Shown here: one piece after another, positions 9,435 through 19,555 of the stretch
Position numbering within the stretch: the stretch's first letter is position 1
Layout: each line of letters begins with the position of its first letter
Notes under the pieces: model-generated
Database searches by the model: none
What the model was told of the DNA's origin: nothing
What the model saw: only the letters and a program-made list of their open reading frames with translations
Made by a program: the position numbers and the translations under genes
Assembly: GCA_965217865.1 (NCBI GenBank)
Contig: CBDCJO010000002.1
Location: forward strand, 3,040,001-3,104,000
Source of the DNA: Candidatus Latescibacterota bacterium
Lineage (GTDB): Bacteria > Latescibacterota > UBA2968 > SICM01
Reading direction: 5' to 3'
DNA length: 64,000 bases

Positions 9435-9899
9435 ATGGACCCGGAAATTTCCGTGTTAATCGGGCTGTTTTTTCTGACGTCGATCGTTTTCTGGCGCCTT
9501 TATTCAAGGCTGAAAGGGAAAATTTCCCGTCTTGAGATGGGTTTGGACGATCTCCGTGTTTTTGTAAATATCTCCCACGAAAGATTGAAAAAGGAGATCG
9601 TGTCGAAAGTCGAGATGTCCACGGTTCGACAAATGGGGGGGAAAACCTTTCATAAAGGCCTGAGCGTGGGAGAAGTCATCGACCTCCATCCCCAAGCCTC
9701 CTCGGTGTTGGCCGAATATCACCTCAGCGATTGTTCGTCCTGCAATATCACCGACAATCATATTCTGGGCGATGCGGCGAGGGATTACGGCGTGAACATC
9801 GATCACCTGCTGGCGTCGCTGAACGGACTTTTCAGCGGGTCGACCGCACTCCAGGATTCCAAGGGGTCGCCTCCGCTCCAGATAGAACGGACCGAGTGA
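9435..9899 (+). CDS. Membrane-anchored DUF1858-like (CxxC) domain protein
   Basis: N-terminal TM and coiled coil, then LSVGEVIDLHPQASSVLAEYHLSDCSSC...LGDAARDYGVNIDHLLASLN. Confidence 0.7.
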   Translation: MDPEISVLIGLFFLTSIVFWRLYSRLKGKISRLEMGLDDLRVFVNISHERLKKEIVSKVEMSTVRQMGGKTFHKGLSVGEVIDLHPQASSVLAEYHLSDCSSCNITDNHILGDAARDYGVNIDHLLASLNGLFSGSTALQDSKGSPPLQIERTE

Positions 9900-10028
9900 A
9901 GGGGTCAGGTGAACGATCGGATGAATAGTCCATCGTTACCCTCTTAAGATCGGCGAAGATCGCAGGACATGCTGGTTCGATTACCGCATGTCCTGTTTCG
10001 TTGTGGGGCTGAAGGCCAAGGGGATTGG

Positions 10029-10571
10029 ATGGACAAGAATCGTTCGATCACGGCCTATTACGGGTCTATGTACGCCTTTGTCAAGACCTATAAGGGTGAG
10101 ATGGCGGCTGTTCAGGATATCGCCCCTCAACTTGAAGGTAGGGATCGGTTGCGGGAATTCGGTTGGCAGACAGTTCTTGACCGGGCCCGGGGTCGGGCTC
10201 AGCTGATCCTGGATCGGTGGTTCCGGCTGAATGAGGTTTTTGCAAGAGGATTTCGCATCGATTCTCTCGAACGTCGAATCTTCGGAAAGAACCCAATTTC
10301 CGTGAAAAAGGGGGCCGGGACCGCCCGCCAACTAAGGCGAGAGCTGCGGGGATTCAACGAATACATTGAAGGCATCAAAACCTATCGGGCCGAGGACGTT
10401 CGAAAAATTTGCTTAATAGCCCGGAAAATGGCCATCACCATCGAAGAAGAGGAAAAGGCGTCGGCCCTCGTGGCCGCTTACCTGGAACGCGAGCCATCTG
10501 TCTCCGGGTATTTCGAAATCTTTTCCCGGATGGGGGATGAGTTCAGAGCGAGACTGGAACAGGGAAAGTGA
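10029..10571 (+). CDS. Hypothetical helical protein
   Basis: 180-aa ORF with natural composition, no recognised motif. Confidence 0.55.
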   Translation: MDKNRSITAYYGSMYAFVKTYKGEMAAVQDIAPQLEGRDRLREFGWQTVLDRARGRAQLILDRWFRLNEVFARGFRIDSLERRIFGKNPISVKKGAGTARQLRRELRGFNEYIEGIKTYRAEDVRKICLIARKMAITIEEEEKASALVAAYLEREPSVSGYFEIFSRMGDEFRARLEQGK

Positions 10572-10755
10572 AAAAATTGAAGATTGAGAATTTAAGATTT
10601 CAGATCTTCCTGGCTCTTGATGGAAAACTAGGTTTTATGAGGGGACGCATCAACGGGCCGACGGCCCGATGCCTTGGCCCAGTCCAAAGGGCTGGGTTTG
10701 AATATGGACGGATCAGCGGGCTTCTGAGGTAATGCGTCTATCTGAGGATCTTTAC

Positions 10756-10886
10756 ACCCACCCCGCCCCGGCGTGAGACCCACCCCTTAATCCCCTCCAA
10801 GGAGGGGAATTTCATAATTCAAGACGTATTTCAAACAACGGTCACCAAATCCCCTCCGGGGCGGGGTGGGTCATATCCCATGCTCA
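10756..10886 (-). repeat. Dispersed REP/MITE-like palindromic element (family B, copy 1)
   Basis: 16-bp perfect inverted repeat 10756-10771/10856-10871, CCCCTCCAAGGAGGGG hairpin; homologous in reverse orientation to 58495-58640. Confidence 0.8.
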
Positions 10887-11091
10887 TCTATCCAATTCCG
10901 AATCCCATGCACCGTACCTTCGAGATTCTGGTTGACAATCTATCGTTGGCGCTGAAAGAAGACCCTGACTTTTATCTTGGCTTTTCGATTTAGCTCGAAG
11001 GCCCGGTGCCAATCGCGGAGACAGTGTTCACTATATTCCACGGAGAGCCAGAATTTAGGATTTCAACAGGTTTTCTCTTTGGGAGGTATTT

Positions 11092-12000
11092 GTGTCTGAG
11101 TGGGCCCACCTGTTCACGGAGCAACGCAATCCGGAGTCGGAAGATATCGATGAGAGATCCACGATCGATATCCTCCGGATCATCAACGAAGAGGATCATA
11201 AAGTGGCCTCCGCGGTTGAGGCCGTTATCGAAGACGTCGCACTCGCGGTGGATCTAACCGCAGGGGCTTTCAGAAACGGGGGCAGGCTCTTCTATGTCGG
11301 GGCAGGCACCAGCGGTCGCCTCGGGGTGCTTGATGCATCGGAATGCCCTCCCACCTTCGGGGCTGACCCGGAAACGGTCCAGGGGATCATGGCCGGGGGA
11401 TATGGGGCGCTGGTCAGGTCTTTGGGTGAGGAGGAAGACTTTCCGGAACGCGGGGCCGCGGCCCTTCGCGAGCGGGGTCTCTGCAAGCGCGACGTGGTGT
11501 TGGGCATCGCTGCCAGCGGTGTAACGCCGTTTGTTCGGGGTGCGATTGTCGAGGCGCGTCGTATTGGGTCCGGGACGATCTTTTTCACGTGCAATCCCTC
11601 TTCCGCGGAGCGGATAGATGCGGATGTGAAGATCGCTCCTGTGGTCGGACCTGAAGTCATCACCGGCTCCACCCGAATGAAGGCGGGGACGGCTACAAAA
11701 CTTGTCCTCAACATGATCAGCACGGCGGCCATGATTCGGATCGGGAAGGTCTTCGGCAATCTGATGGTCGATCTGACGCCGTCCTGCCTCAAGCTGCAAG
11801 ACAGGGGGACCCGAATCCTGATGACGATCTCGGACCTGTCCGAGGAGGATGCCCGGAAAACGCTCAGGGACGCCGACTGGAACCTGAAAGCGGCGATTGT
11901 GATGTGTCGGTGTGGATTGGATCTCGAAGGGGCGGTCGAGAGGCTGAACAAGGCTGGAGGGGTGGTCAAGAGAGCGGTTTCCGGGAAGGCGAGGTCCTGA
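11092..12000 (+). CDS. murQ: N-acetylmuramic acid 6-phosphate etherase
   Basis: TEQRNP, GAGTSGRLGVLDASECPPTFG, GPEVITGSTRMKAGTATKLVLNM. Confidence 0.97.
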   Translation: MSEWAHLFTEQRNPESEDIDERSTIDILRIINEEDHKVASAVEAVIEDVALAVDLTAGAFRNGGRLFYVGAGTSGRLGVLDASECPPTFGADPETVQGIMAGGYGALVRSLGEEEDFPERGAAALRERGLCKRDVVLGIAASGVTPFVRGAIVEARRIGSGTIFFTCNPSSAERIDADVKIAPVVGPEVITGSTRMKAGTATKLVLNMISTAAMIRIGKVFGNLMVDLTPSCLKLQDRGTRILMTISDLSEEDARKTLRDADWNLKAAIVMCRCGLDLEGAVERLNKAGGVVKRAVSGKARS

Positions 12001-12103
12001 TAAGTGCGGCCACCGCACCTGAGGTTGGATTCTTACGGCTTTGAGAAGAGGCGATACGAAGCGTGGTTGGGTTCGAAGTTTTACCCGCTATAGCAGCGGG
12101 ACC

Positions 12104-12427
12104 TTATTCTTTATTGACGACTCCGGTTGTTACATCGATGCCCTTTTGGCGAAGCTTCTGAAGGCTGGCCTGTTGGCATTGCAGGACGTGTTGCACGACC
12201 TCCTCCGGATCGTTCGAAAGGATGGCACGGAGATTTTCAGGCTCAAGATTCAGCAGGCAGACGGCCATCACCTCTTCGCGTTCAACGGGTGATGAACATT
12301 CTTTAATCAGATCGACCGTGGGACATCCATCCAGGAACTTTTTCCTGGCAAGAACTTCCAAATGATCTCCAGGCACCTGGCAAAAACAGCGACGTAACAT
12401 AAGATCGTCAGTAGTGGCAGGACGCAA
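12104..12427 (-). CDS. Hypothetical Cys-rich 107-aa protein
   Basis: Directly follows the clpX-like gene on the same strand (10-bp gap). Confidence 0.55.
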   Translation of the reverse strand: MRPATTDDLMLRRCFCQVPGDHLEVLARKKFLDGCPTVDLIKECSSPVEREEVMAVCLLNLEPENLRAILSNDPEEVVQHVLQCQQASLQKLRQKGIDVTTGVVNKE

Positions 12428-12437
12428 GGCTCTGCCG

Positions 12438-13955
12438 TCACCCGTTCTCGTTGGCGTAATGAGCCTTGATCAGGTCATTCAGATAGGCCTTGGGACCCTC
12501 CAGGATCGTTGGGCGAATCGTAAAACGATCCTTTCCCAGGAGCTTCAGGCCGTGCCCATATCCTTGAAACAGGTCCTCGCAAAGCGCGTGTGGCGTCACG
12601 CCGAGGGCCTGACTTTTTTGAGCAATGACGTCCATGGCTTCGGGATCAAAATCGAGTGAGATCCGATAGCTTTTGAAAAAAGCATCCCGAAAACGGTCGA
12701 CGGCATCGGTTACCAGGAGTCTCCGGAGTTCCGAATCAGGGTTTTCGACAACGTCTTCGCTCACGACGAATCGTTTGATTTTGGTCGAAGGGAATTTTTT
12801 TTCAAATTTGAGGAGTACCTTTTCGCAAGCGCTGACCAAGCCCCGCGCCCCTGTCTTTTCGGCATAAGCAAGGCGGGCCATTTTCGTCAACGCCCGGTCC
12901 TCGAACTCTAATTCGATTCCGTAAGCCATGAAGTCCCGTATCTTGCTTATGATTTCGGATGACTTCGGATTCTTTAAAATGGCGTAAAGATCTTCCACTT
13001 CGAGGGGATTCAAGACAGTGACGATCGGAAGCCTTCCGATGAATTCCGACTCGAATCCATATTCGAGCAAGTCCTCAGTTCGCACCTGTTTAAGGATCGC
13101 CGACTCTTTGAGACGTTCCCTTCCGTCGTTTTCAGAGGCGAACCCCATCGCCCCCCGATTCAACCGGCGGCTGATGATGTTCTCCAGATCCGCGAAGGCC
13201 CCACTGACGATGAACAGGATGTTTCGGGTGTTCACCCGTTTCCGTTCTATCTTCCCGGTCTGCTGCATCTGCATCAATGATTCCATCTGAGACGCCAAGT
13301 CGTGTGGCGCCTTGAGATCGACCTCCGTCTCCTCCATCAACTTGAGAAGGTTTCGCTGGACTCCGGTGCGCGAAACGTCCGGCCCCACGATCGAGCCCGA
13401 GGCAGCGATCTTGTCGATTTCGTCGATGTAGATGATGCCATACTGCGCAAGCTGAATATCTCCTCCCGCCTCCTTGACCAGATCCCGCACAAGATCCTCG
13501 ACATCACCCCCAACGTAGCCGGTCTCGCTGAACTTTGTCGCGTCTCCTTTTACGAAAGGGACTCCGATTTTTTTTGCGATCAACTTGATCAGGTAGGTTT
13601 TTCCCACCCCTGTCGGGCCGATCAGGATGATGTTGTTCTTTATGCCGCCGACAAGCCCGGCCTCCCCGTCGGGTGTCTCCCGATCGAGCTTCATTCGATG
13701 GAAATGGGTGCAGATCTTTGTGGCCAGGACCTCTTTGGCCTCCCGCTGCTGCACGACAAATTCGTCGAGATAGGCTTCGAGTTCCTCGGGTTTCAGGTCA
13801 AAGTCGATCTTATAGGGTTTCTCCTGAGTCTGGAGGCCATCTCCTCCTCCGTCCGCCGCAGGCTGTTCTATCGTGGATGCGACCTGTACGTTTGTCCCAT
13901 ATTTTTTCTCAAGGAATTCTTTGAAATCTTTTTGGATTTCCGCAGGATTGAGCAT
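12438..13955 (-). CDS. ClpX-like AAA+ unfoldase lacking the N-terminal zinc-binding domain
   Basis: GPTGVGKT, DATKFSETGYVGGDVE, IYIDEIDK, DVSRTGVQRNLLK, MGF loop, EFIGRLP, TGARGL. Confidence 0.88.
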   Translation of the reverse strand: MLNPAEIQKDFKEFLEKKYGTNVQVASTIEQPAADGGGDGLQTQEKPYKIDFDLKPEELEAYLDEFVVQQREAKEVLATKICTHFHRMKLDRETPDGEAGLVGGIKNNIILIGPTGVGKTYLIKLIAKKIGVPFVKGDATKFSETGYVGGDVEDLVRDLVKEAGGDIQLAQYGIIYIDEIDKIAASGSIVGPDVSRTGVQRNLLKLMEETEVDLKAPHDLASQMESLMQMQQTGKIERKRVNTRNILFIVSGAFADLENIISRRLNRGAMGFASENDGRERLKESAILKQVRTEDLLEYGFESEFIGRLPIVTVLNPLEVEDLYAILKNPKSSEIISKIRDFMAYGIELEFEDRALTKMARLAYAEKTGARGLVSACEKVLLKFEKKFPSTKIKRFVVSEDVVENPDSELRRLLVTDAVDRFRDAFFKSYRISLDFDPEAMDVIAQKSQALGVTPHALCEDLFQGYGHGLKLLGKDRFTIRPTILEGPKAYLNDLIKAHYANENG

Positions 13956-14010
13956 GTGGTTCTCCGGAACGATCCCGAAGTGCCTTCATCGGGATGGTCG
14001 TGAACGCCCC

Positions 14011-15105
14011 TTACTGTTTTCGCAACTCCAGCAGTTTCTCCTGAACTTCCCCCGCCTGCTTCGTCTCGATGACCGACACGCCGCTCTTCTCACAGAATGA
14101 ACGGATCTGGTCGGGGGCAGGGCCCAGGAACAGAAGGGCGAGTTTCTGCTTGACCTTGTTCTTGATCAAAAGCTGCAGGACCGAAAGACGCTCACGGGCA
14201 TCGTCCTTACCGCCGAGGTGAATCAGGATGATGTCGTTTTTTTCCGCCTCCGAACGAATGCCAGCGGTTGAAGGCTGGACGTTCAGGTTGATGGCCTCAT
14301 CGAACTTCTTCTTGAGGGTGAAGCCGAGCTGGCGGTCGCCCACGAACAGGACGTTTGGCGGACGGGTCAGTTCCGGGTCCTTCCGATAGGCATCCGGGTT
14401 TCTGAGACGCTCGAGCATGTGCATGAGGCGCTTGTGGCGCATCAGGATCTCTTCTTGGGCGATCCGGGGAGAATAGGTCAGATCATCCACGGTCATCGCA
14501 TCTTCCATCTGCTCCGGAATGTTGGGGATGTGGATGTGGACGTATCCGGGAAAGTCCCGCATCAGGATCTCCGCGTAGGTAATTCGTCGCCAGCCGGCGT
14601 AGATGATGCCCGTGCCGTCCAGGTCCTGTTCCTCCCCGGATTCCAGGGGAGACCATTCGATCTTCTCCATCGAGAGGGTCGAGGCAATTTGCTGGAGCGG
14701 GGATTCCTCCTTGGCCAGGTCTCCGTCCAGGAGGATCCGTGTATGGGTGGGGGGTTCTTTTTTTTCCACGATTCGAGTGGCCAGATTGTTCATACGCTCC
14801 ACGCGCCTGTTGATCTCTTCATCAGGCAGGTCCGGGGAGACGAATTCATCCGCAACTTCGAACTGCTTTTCCCCGAGGGTTCGCGTGCTCGTAACGACGA
14901 TGGTGGGGATCTGGGGCAGCATGTCGGCGACCTGGCGTACGAATTCCTCCCCGGCCGTAAAATCTACCAACACACAACCGGTCTGAGGCCGCTCATCGCC
15001 GAGGTCGTCGCAGTCGATCCCCTCGCCGTTCAGCAGCGTGGAGACTTTGCTGAGGGGAGTATTGGCTTCATTGCTTCCCGTCCGATAGACCTGTAGGTAG
15101 CCCAT
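14011..15105 (-). CDS. Hypothetical protein with three degenerate receiver-like modules
   Basis: Three ~110-aa alpha/beta repeats (GCVLVDF...PQIPTIVVT...ADEFVS; GIIYAG...VDDLTY; DIILIHL...LALLF). Confidence 0.55.
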   Translation of the reverse strand: MGYLQVYRTGSNEANTPLSKVSTLLNGEGIDCDDLGDERPQTGCVLVDFTAGEEFVRQVADMLPQIPTIVVTSTRTLGEKQFEVADEFVSPDLPDEEINRRVERMNNLATRIVEKKEPPTHTRILLDGDLAKEESPLQQIASTLSMEKIEWSPLESGEEQDLDGTGIIYAGWRRITYAEILMRDFPGYVHIHIPNIPEQMEDAMTVDDLTYSPRIAQEEILMRHKRLMHMLERLRNPDAYRKDPELTRPPNVLFVGDRQLGFTLKKKFDEAINLNVQPSTAGIRSEAEKNDIILIHLGGKDDARERLSVLQLLIKNKVKQKLALLFLGPAPDQIRSFCEKSGVSVIETKQAGEVQEKLLELRKQ

Positions 15106-15214
15106 GGGAACCTCGATATAAGTCCGAGTCTTGAATCTCGGATCGATTTAAGGGTGGTTTAATTATTGAGTTTAGCGAATCGAAGGTCCGGTGTCAACGG
15201 ATAAATCGGGAGGT

Positions 15215-16237
15215 TTAAAAACTTCCCGTTCTGGATTCGTAGTTCGTGGGTTTATTCAGGGTCCTCCCCCCACACATCACCCATCGGGCGGCCCACTCCA
15301 CGATCGTGCCGGGAGATACCGCGGGTGGACCGAAAGCCCTGAGGCATTCGGTCGCATCTCCCAGAAGGGCGGTGTCGTGCTCCACCCCAACGAAGATCGG
15401 CTCGACCCCCATGATCGCGCCAAGATCCGTCGCGATCTCCCGGACCGAGAGGATCTCGGATCCGGTCAGGTTGATAATCCGTGCCGGGCTTTCGCACAGA
15501 GGGAAACATCGGGCCAAGCATGCGGTTGCATCCCCTTGCCAGATCTGGTTGACGTGACCCGTTGATAGGTCTACCGGTTTCCGGTTCCAGACCCTCTCGG
15601 CGATATCTATGATGATCCCGTAGCGTAATTCCGTGGCGTAGAAGAGCCTGACGATAACGACGGGGGTCTGATTACGCTCCGCGTAGAACTGCACCGCCCG
15701 TTCTCCCCCCAGACGGGATTGGGCATATTCGCCGATCGGTCCGAGCGGATCGGTCTCTTTCGCTCCGTTCCCGCTAACATCGCCGAAGCGATAGACGTTT
15801 CCTGAGGAGACGTAGACAATCCGAGATTTTGGAAAACGCTGCAAGACCCTTGCCGGCAACTGGGCATTCATCGCCCATGTATAGGGCTCATTGGCGGCAG
15901 ATCCGAATTTAAACCCGGCCATCAAAAAGATATGCCCGGTCTCCGGGAGGGACTCCAGGGCGCCATCGTCCAGGAGGTCGCATTTTATGGTTTCAACTCT
16001 CGCGGCCTCCAGGGCAACTCGATTCCCGGGTTGAGAAAATCGAGAGACACCGATAACGCTCCGGGCGCCTGCCCGGACCAGGAGTTCCCCAAGGGACGGC
16101 CCCATCTTTCCGCCAACGCCGAGAATCATCAGGTCGTCATCGATCCCCGAGACGGCAGACAAGACTTCAGGCGAGGGGGTGGTCATCAGGTTGATGAGCG
16201 CTCTTTCATCTTCGATCGGAGGAAATATTGTGTTCAC
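15215..16237 (-). CDS. NAD-dependent epimerase/dehydratase family protein
   Basis: ILGVGGKMGP Rossmann motif, VSSGNVY, GEYAQSRLGGER. Confidence 0.88.
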   Translation of the reverse strand: MNTIFPPIEDERALINLMTTPSPEVLSAVSGIDDDLMILGVGGKMGPSLGELLVRAGARSVIGVSRFSQPGNRVALEAARVETIKCDLLDDGALESLPETGHIFLMAGFKFGSAANEPYTWAMNAQLPARVLQRFPKSRIVYVSSGNVYRFGDVSGNGAKETDPLGPIGEYAQSRLGGERAVQFYAERNQTPVVIVRLFYATELRYGIIIDIAERVWNRKPVDLSTGHVNQIWQGDATACLARCFPLCESPARIINLTGSEILSVREIATDLGAIMGVEPIFVGVEHDTALLGDATECLRAFGPPAVSPGTIVEWAARWVMCGGRTLNKPTNYESRTGSF

Positions 16238-16395
16238 GGCCGGACCTTTGCGAGAACAAAACCTGGATTAATCTTGAACGGGGAAGCACCAACAAGATAA
16301 ATATAGGTACACACTTGGGGTGGATCAAGCCTCATTCAGTTTCAACCCGATAGGACTATCGGTCCCCCTTCGGGCAACACCTGGATTCCAGGGTG

Positions 16396-16433
16396 AAAAA
16401 AAACAGGCACCCGATTCAACCTCCGGGTGCCTG
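16396..16433 (-). terminator. Intrinsic terminator after dnaK
   Basis: CAGGCACCCG-loop-CGGGTGCCTG followed by T8 on the minus strand. Confidence 0.85.
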
Positions 16434-16458
16434 AATTGTTGATCGCGATTTCATTAGA

Positions 16459-18381
16459 TCAGTCGACCACTTCGAAATCCGCATCCACGGCCTTGTCTTT
16501 TCCGGTCTTTTTGTCCTGACCGCCGGGTTCGGGACCCGTCTGAGGGCCAGGCTCCTCAGACGCTCCGGGATCGGCCTGTTCGGAGGCCTGCTTGTAGAGC
16601 TCGCCGGCCAGTCCGTGCCAGACCTGGTTCAAGGCCTCGGAGGCCGATTTGATCTCTTCGTTGTTCGTGCCCTTCAGGGCTTCCTTTACCCGTCCAATGG
16701 CCGCTTCCAGCTTGGCCTTGGATTCCGCGCTCAGCTTGTCTCCCAGCTCTTCGAGCTGTTTCTCAGTCTGATAAACCTGCTGGTCCGCCTGGTTCCGGAT
16801 TTCGATCCCCTCACGCTTCTGTTTGTCCTCCGCGGCGTGCGTTTTGGCGTCGTTCACCATTCTCTCGATCTCCTCTTCGGACAACCCGGAAGAGGCCTCG
16901 ATTCTGATATTCTGCTCCTTTCCCGTGGCTTTGTCCTTGGCGGAGACATTCAGAATGCCGTTGGCGTCGATGTCGAACGCGACCTCGATCTGAGGCATTC
17001 CCCTTGGGGCGGGCGGGATGCCGTCCAGGTGGAACCTGCCGAGCGTCCGGCTGTCCTGGGCCATCTCTCGCTCCCCCTGGAGAATGTGTATTTCAACGCC
17101 AGGCTGATTGTCGGCCGCCGTGGAGAATATCTGTTCCCTTTTCGTCGGGATGGTTGTGTTCCTTTCGATCAACTTCGTCATCACCCCGCCGAGGGTCTCA
17201 ATTCCAAAGGAAAGCGGTGTCACGTCCAACAGGACGACGTCCTTGACTTCGCCCGTCAGGACGGCCCCCTGGATGGCCGCCCCCACGGCCACGACTTCGT
17301 CCGGATTCACGCCTCTGTGAGGTTCCCTGTCGAAGAGATCCTTGACGACCTCCTGCACTTTGGGCATCCGGGTCATTCCGCCGACCAGCACCACCTCATT
17401 AATCTTGGATGGGTCAATCTTTGCGTCTTGGAGGGCTTTGATACACGGGCCTTTGGTTCGGTCGACGAGGTGGTCGACCAGCTGTTCGAGTTTCGCCCGA
17501 GTCATCGTGATGTTCATGTGCTTCGGGCCACTGGCGTCCGCGGTGATAAAGGGGAGATTCACCTCGGTTTGCATCGAGGAGGAGAGTTCGATTTTGGCCT
17601 TCTCGGCCGCCTCTTTCAAGCGCTGATGGGCCATCGGGTCGTTTTTCAGGTCCACACCGTTTTCCCGTTTGAACTCCTCGGCGAGCCAGTCGATGATCTC
17701 CTCATCAAAGTCATCCCCGCCCAAATGGGTGTCCCCATTGGTTGAGAGCACTTCGAAGACCCCATCTCCGATATCGAGTATCGAAACGTCGAAGGTCCCC
17801 CCGCCCAGGTCATATACGGCGATCTTCTCATCCTTCTTTTTATCCAGGCCGTATGCCAGCGAAGCCGCAGTCGGCTCGTTGATGATTCGAAGCACTTCCA
17901 GCCCGGCGATTTTTCCAGCGTCCTTTGTCGCTTGCCGCTGGCTGTCGTTGAAGTAGGCCGGGACGGTTACGACCGCTTGCGTAACCTTCTCGCCGAGATA
18001 GTCCTCGGCCGTTTGTCTCATCTTTTGCAGGATGATCGCGGAGATCTCGGGTGGCGTATAGTCCTTTCCGTCCGCTTCCACCACGGCCAGGTTATTGATC
18101 CCACCCTTCACTTTGTAGGGGACTTCTTTGATCTCCCGCTCGACCTCTCCGGATCGACGCCCCATAAACCTTTTAATCGAAAAGATCGTGTTCTGCGGGT
18201 TTGTGATCCCCTGTCGCTTGGCCACCTGGCCCACCAGGCGCTCCCCATTTTTTGCGAATGCGACGATCGAGGGCGTGGTGCGTGAGCCCTCCGAGCTGGA
18301 GATGACCGAGGGCTCCCCGCCTTCGGTCACGGCCACACAGGAGTTGGTTGTCCCCAGATCAATGCCGATAACTTTTCCCAT
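16459..18381 (-). CDS. dnaK: Molecular chaperone DnaK
   Basis: [45 protein letters not shown]. Confidence 0.99.
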   Translation of the reverse strand: MGKVIGIDLGTTNSCVAVTEGGEPSVISSSEGSRTTPSIVAFAKNGERLVGQVAKRQGITNPQNTIFSIKRFMGRRSGEVEREIKEVPYKVKGGINNLAVVEADGKDYTPPEISAIILQKMRQTAEDYLGEKVTQAVVTVPAYFNDSQRQATKDAGKIAGLEVLRIINEPTAASLAYGLDKKKDEKIAVYDLGGGTFDVSILDIGDGVFEVLSTNGDTHLGGDDFDEEIIDWLAEEFKRENGVDLKNDPMAHQRLKEAAEKAKIELSSSMQTEVNLPFITADASGPKHMNITMTRAKLEQLVDHLVDRTKGPCIKALQDAKIDPSKINEVVLVGGMTRMPKVQEVVKDLFDREPHRGVNPDEVVAVGAAIQGAVLTGEVKDVVLLDVTPLSFGIETLGGVMTKLIERNTTIPTKREQIFSTAADNQPGVEIHILQGEREMAQDSRTLGRFHLDGIPPAPRGMPQIEVAFDIDANGILNVSAKDKATGKEQNIRIEASSGLSEEEIERMVNDAKTHAAEDKQKREGIEIRNQADQQVYQTEKQLEELGDKLSAESKAKLEAAIGRVKEALKGTNNEEIKSASEALNQVWHGLAGELYKQASEQADPGASEEPGPQTGPEPGGQDKKTGKDKAVDADFEVVD

Positions 18382-18550
18382 AGAATTTTTTCAGCGCAGA
18401 CCGGCCGCCTACTTCCTCCATTCGGGGTTCATTGTTGCGACACTTTTCATTTCGAAGGCTACAAGGTTCATCAGGACTGGCCTCAAAGCTAATCAATTCG
18501 CGTTGAAACGTCAAGGGAATCGAAGTCCGGTTCTCGGACGGTCCTTGACT

Positions 18551-19414
18551 TTAAGAACCGCTCTCGGTTTCGAGATACGGCCTGAGTCGACGGGCCCGGC
18601 CTGCGTGCCTCAGCTTCCCGATAGCGATCTCCTTGATCTGCCTGACCCGTTCCCTTGTGATGCCGAGATGCGCACCGATTTGCTCGAGTGACCAGCCCTC
18701 TCCACCCTCAAGGCCGAAGTAGAGACGAAGGATTTTCGATTCCCTGTCCTTCAAGGCGTCCAGTGCGGTCGAGATGGCCTCCTGCATCCGCCTCTGGTCA
18801 ATGTCATCGACAATGGATTCGTGAGCGGGGTCGGCCAGGGTGTGAAAAAGGGATCCCCCCGATTCCTCCTCGAAGGGTTCGTCGAGGGAGAGGGTGGAAC
18901 GGCTATCGAGGAGTGTCCGCTCGACTTGATTGACTGTGACCCCCAATTCCTCCGCGATTTCAGCGGGCCCCGGGTCGCCATTGTGCTTTTGTTGGAGGCC
19001 AGAAACGGATTTTGAGATGCGGGTCAAAAGATCAAACCGATTGACGGGAAGACGAACGGTACGCTTTCCCATCAGAGACTGAAGCATGGCCTGGCGGACC
19101 CACCAAACCGCATAGGAAATGAACCTGTAACCCTGCTTTTCATCGAAGCGCTCTGCGGCCGTCAAGAGACCCAGGTTTCCGGAGCTGATCAACTCACCCA
19201 ACGACAACCCGCGGCCCCGGTATTCAAGTGCGATCCGGATGACAAATCGGAGATTCGCTTGAACCAGTTTATTCCTGGCTGCGAGGTCTCCCTTTTGGAT
19301 TCGTCGCGCTAACTTGGTTTCCTGGTCGGAGGAGAGCGGGTTGGAGTCCGCGATGTCCTTCATGTAGCGAATCAGGGATCTTTCGATCCCGTTTTTGGCT
19401 TCAAGGGTCTTCAT
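18551..19414 (-). CDS. Alternative RpoD/SigA-family sigma-70 factor (no region 1.1)
   Basis: ANLRFVIRIA, FDEKQGYRFISYAVWWVRQ, LEQIGAHLGITRERVRQI. Confidence 0.93.
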   Translation of the reverse strand: MKTLEAKNGIERSLIRYMKDIADSNPLSSDQETKLARRIQKGDLAARNKLVQANLRFVIRIALEYRGRGLSLGELISSGNLGLLTAAERFDEKQGYRFISYAVWWVRQAMLQSLMGKRTVRLPVNRFDLLTRISKSVSGLQQKHNGDPGPAEIAEELGVTVNQVERTLLDSRSTLSLDEPFEEESGGSLFHTLADPAHESIVDDIDQRRMQEAISTALDALKDRESKILRLYFGLEGGEGWSLEQIGAHLGITRERVRQIKEIAIGKLRHAGRARRLRPYLETESGS

Positions 19415-19498
19415 CCTGTCTCATTTCATGATGAATGAATCATAAAAAAATATGGTTTTCAACAGGTGTATGGCTCTATGTCGATAGTCAGTAAACAT

Positions 19499-19525
19499 CC
19501 GGGGGGCGGCGAACCCGCCCCCCGG
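19499..19525 (-). terminator. GC-rich hairpin between hsp20 and sigma gene (attenuating or stabilising)
   Basis: CCGGGGGGCGG-loop-CCGCCCCCCGG; weak U-tract. Confidence 0.45.
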
Positions 19526-19555
19526 TCCCCTCACGCGACACGATCCGCGCAGGAC

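Noticed and set aside
16615-17745. 376-aa ORF opposite dnaK
   Set aside because: Well-known antisense shadow of dnaK
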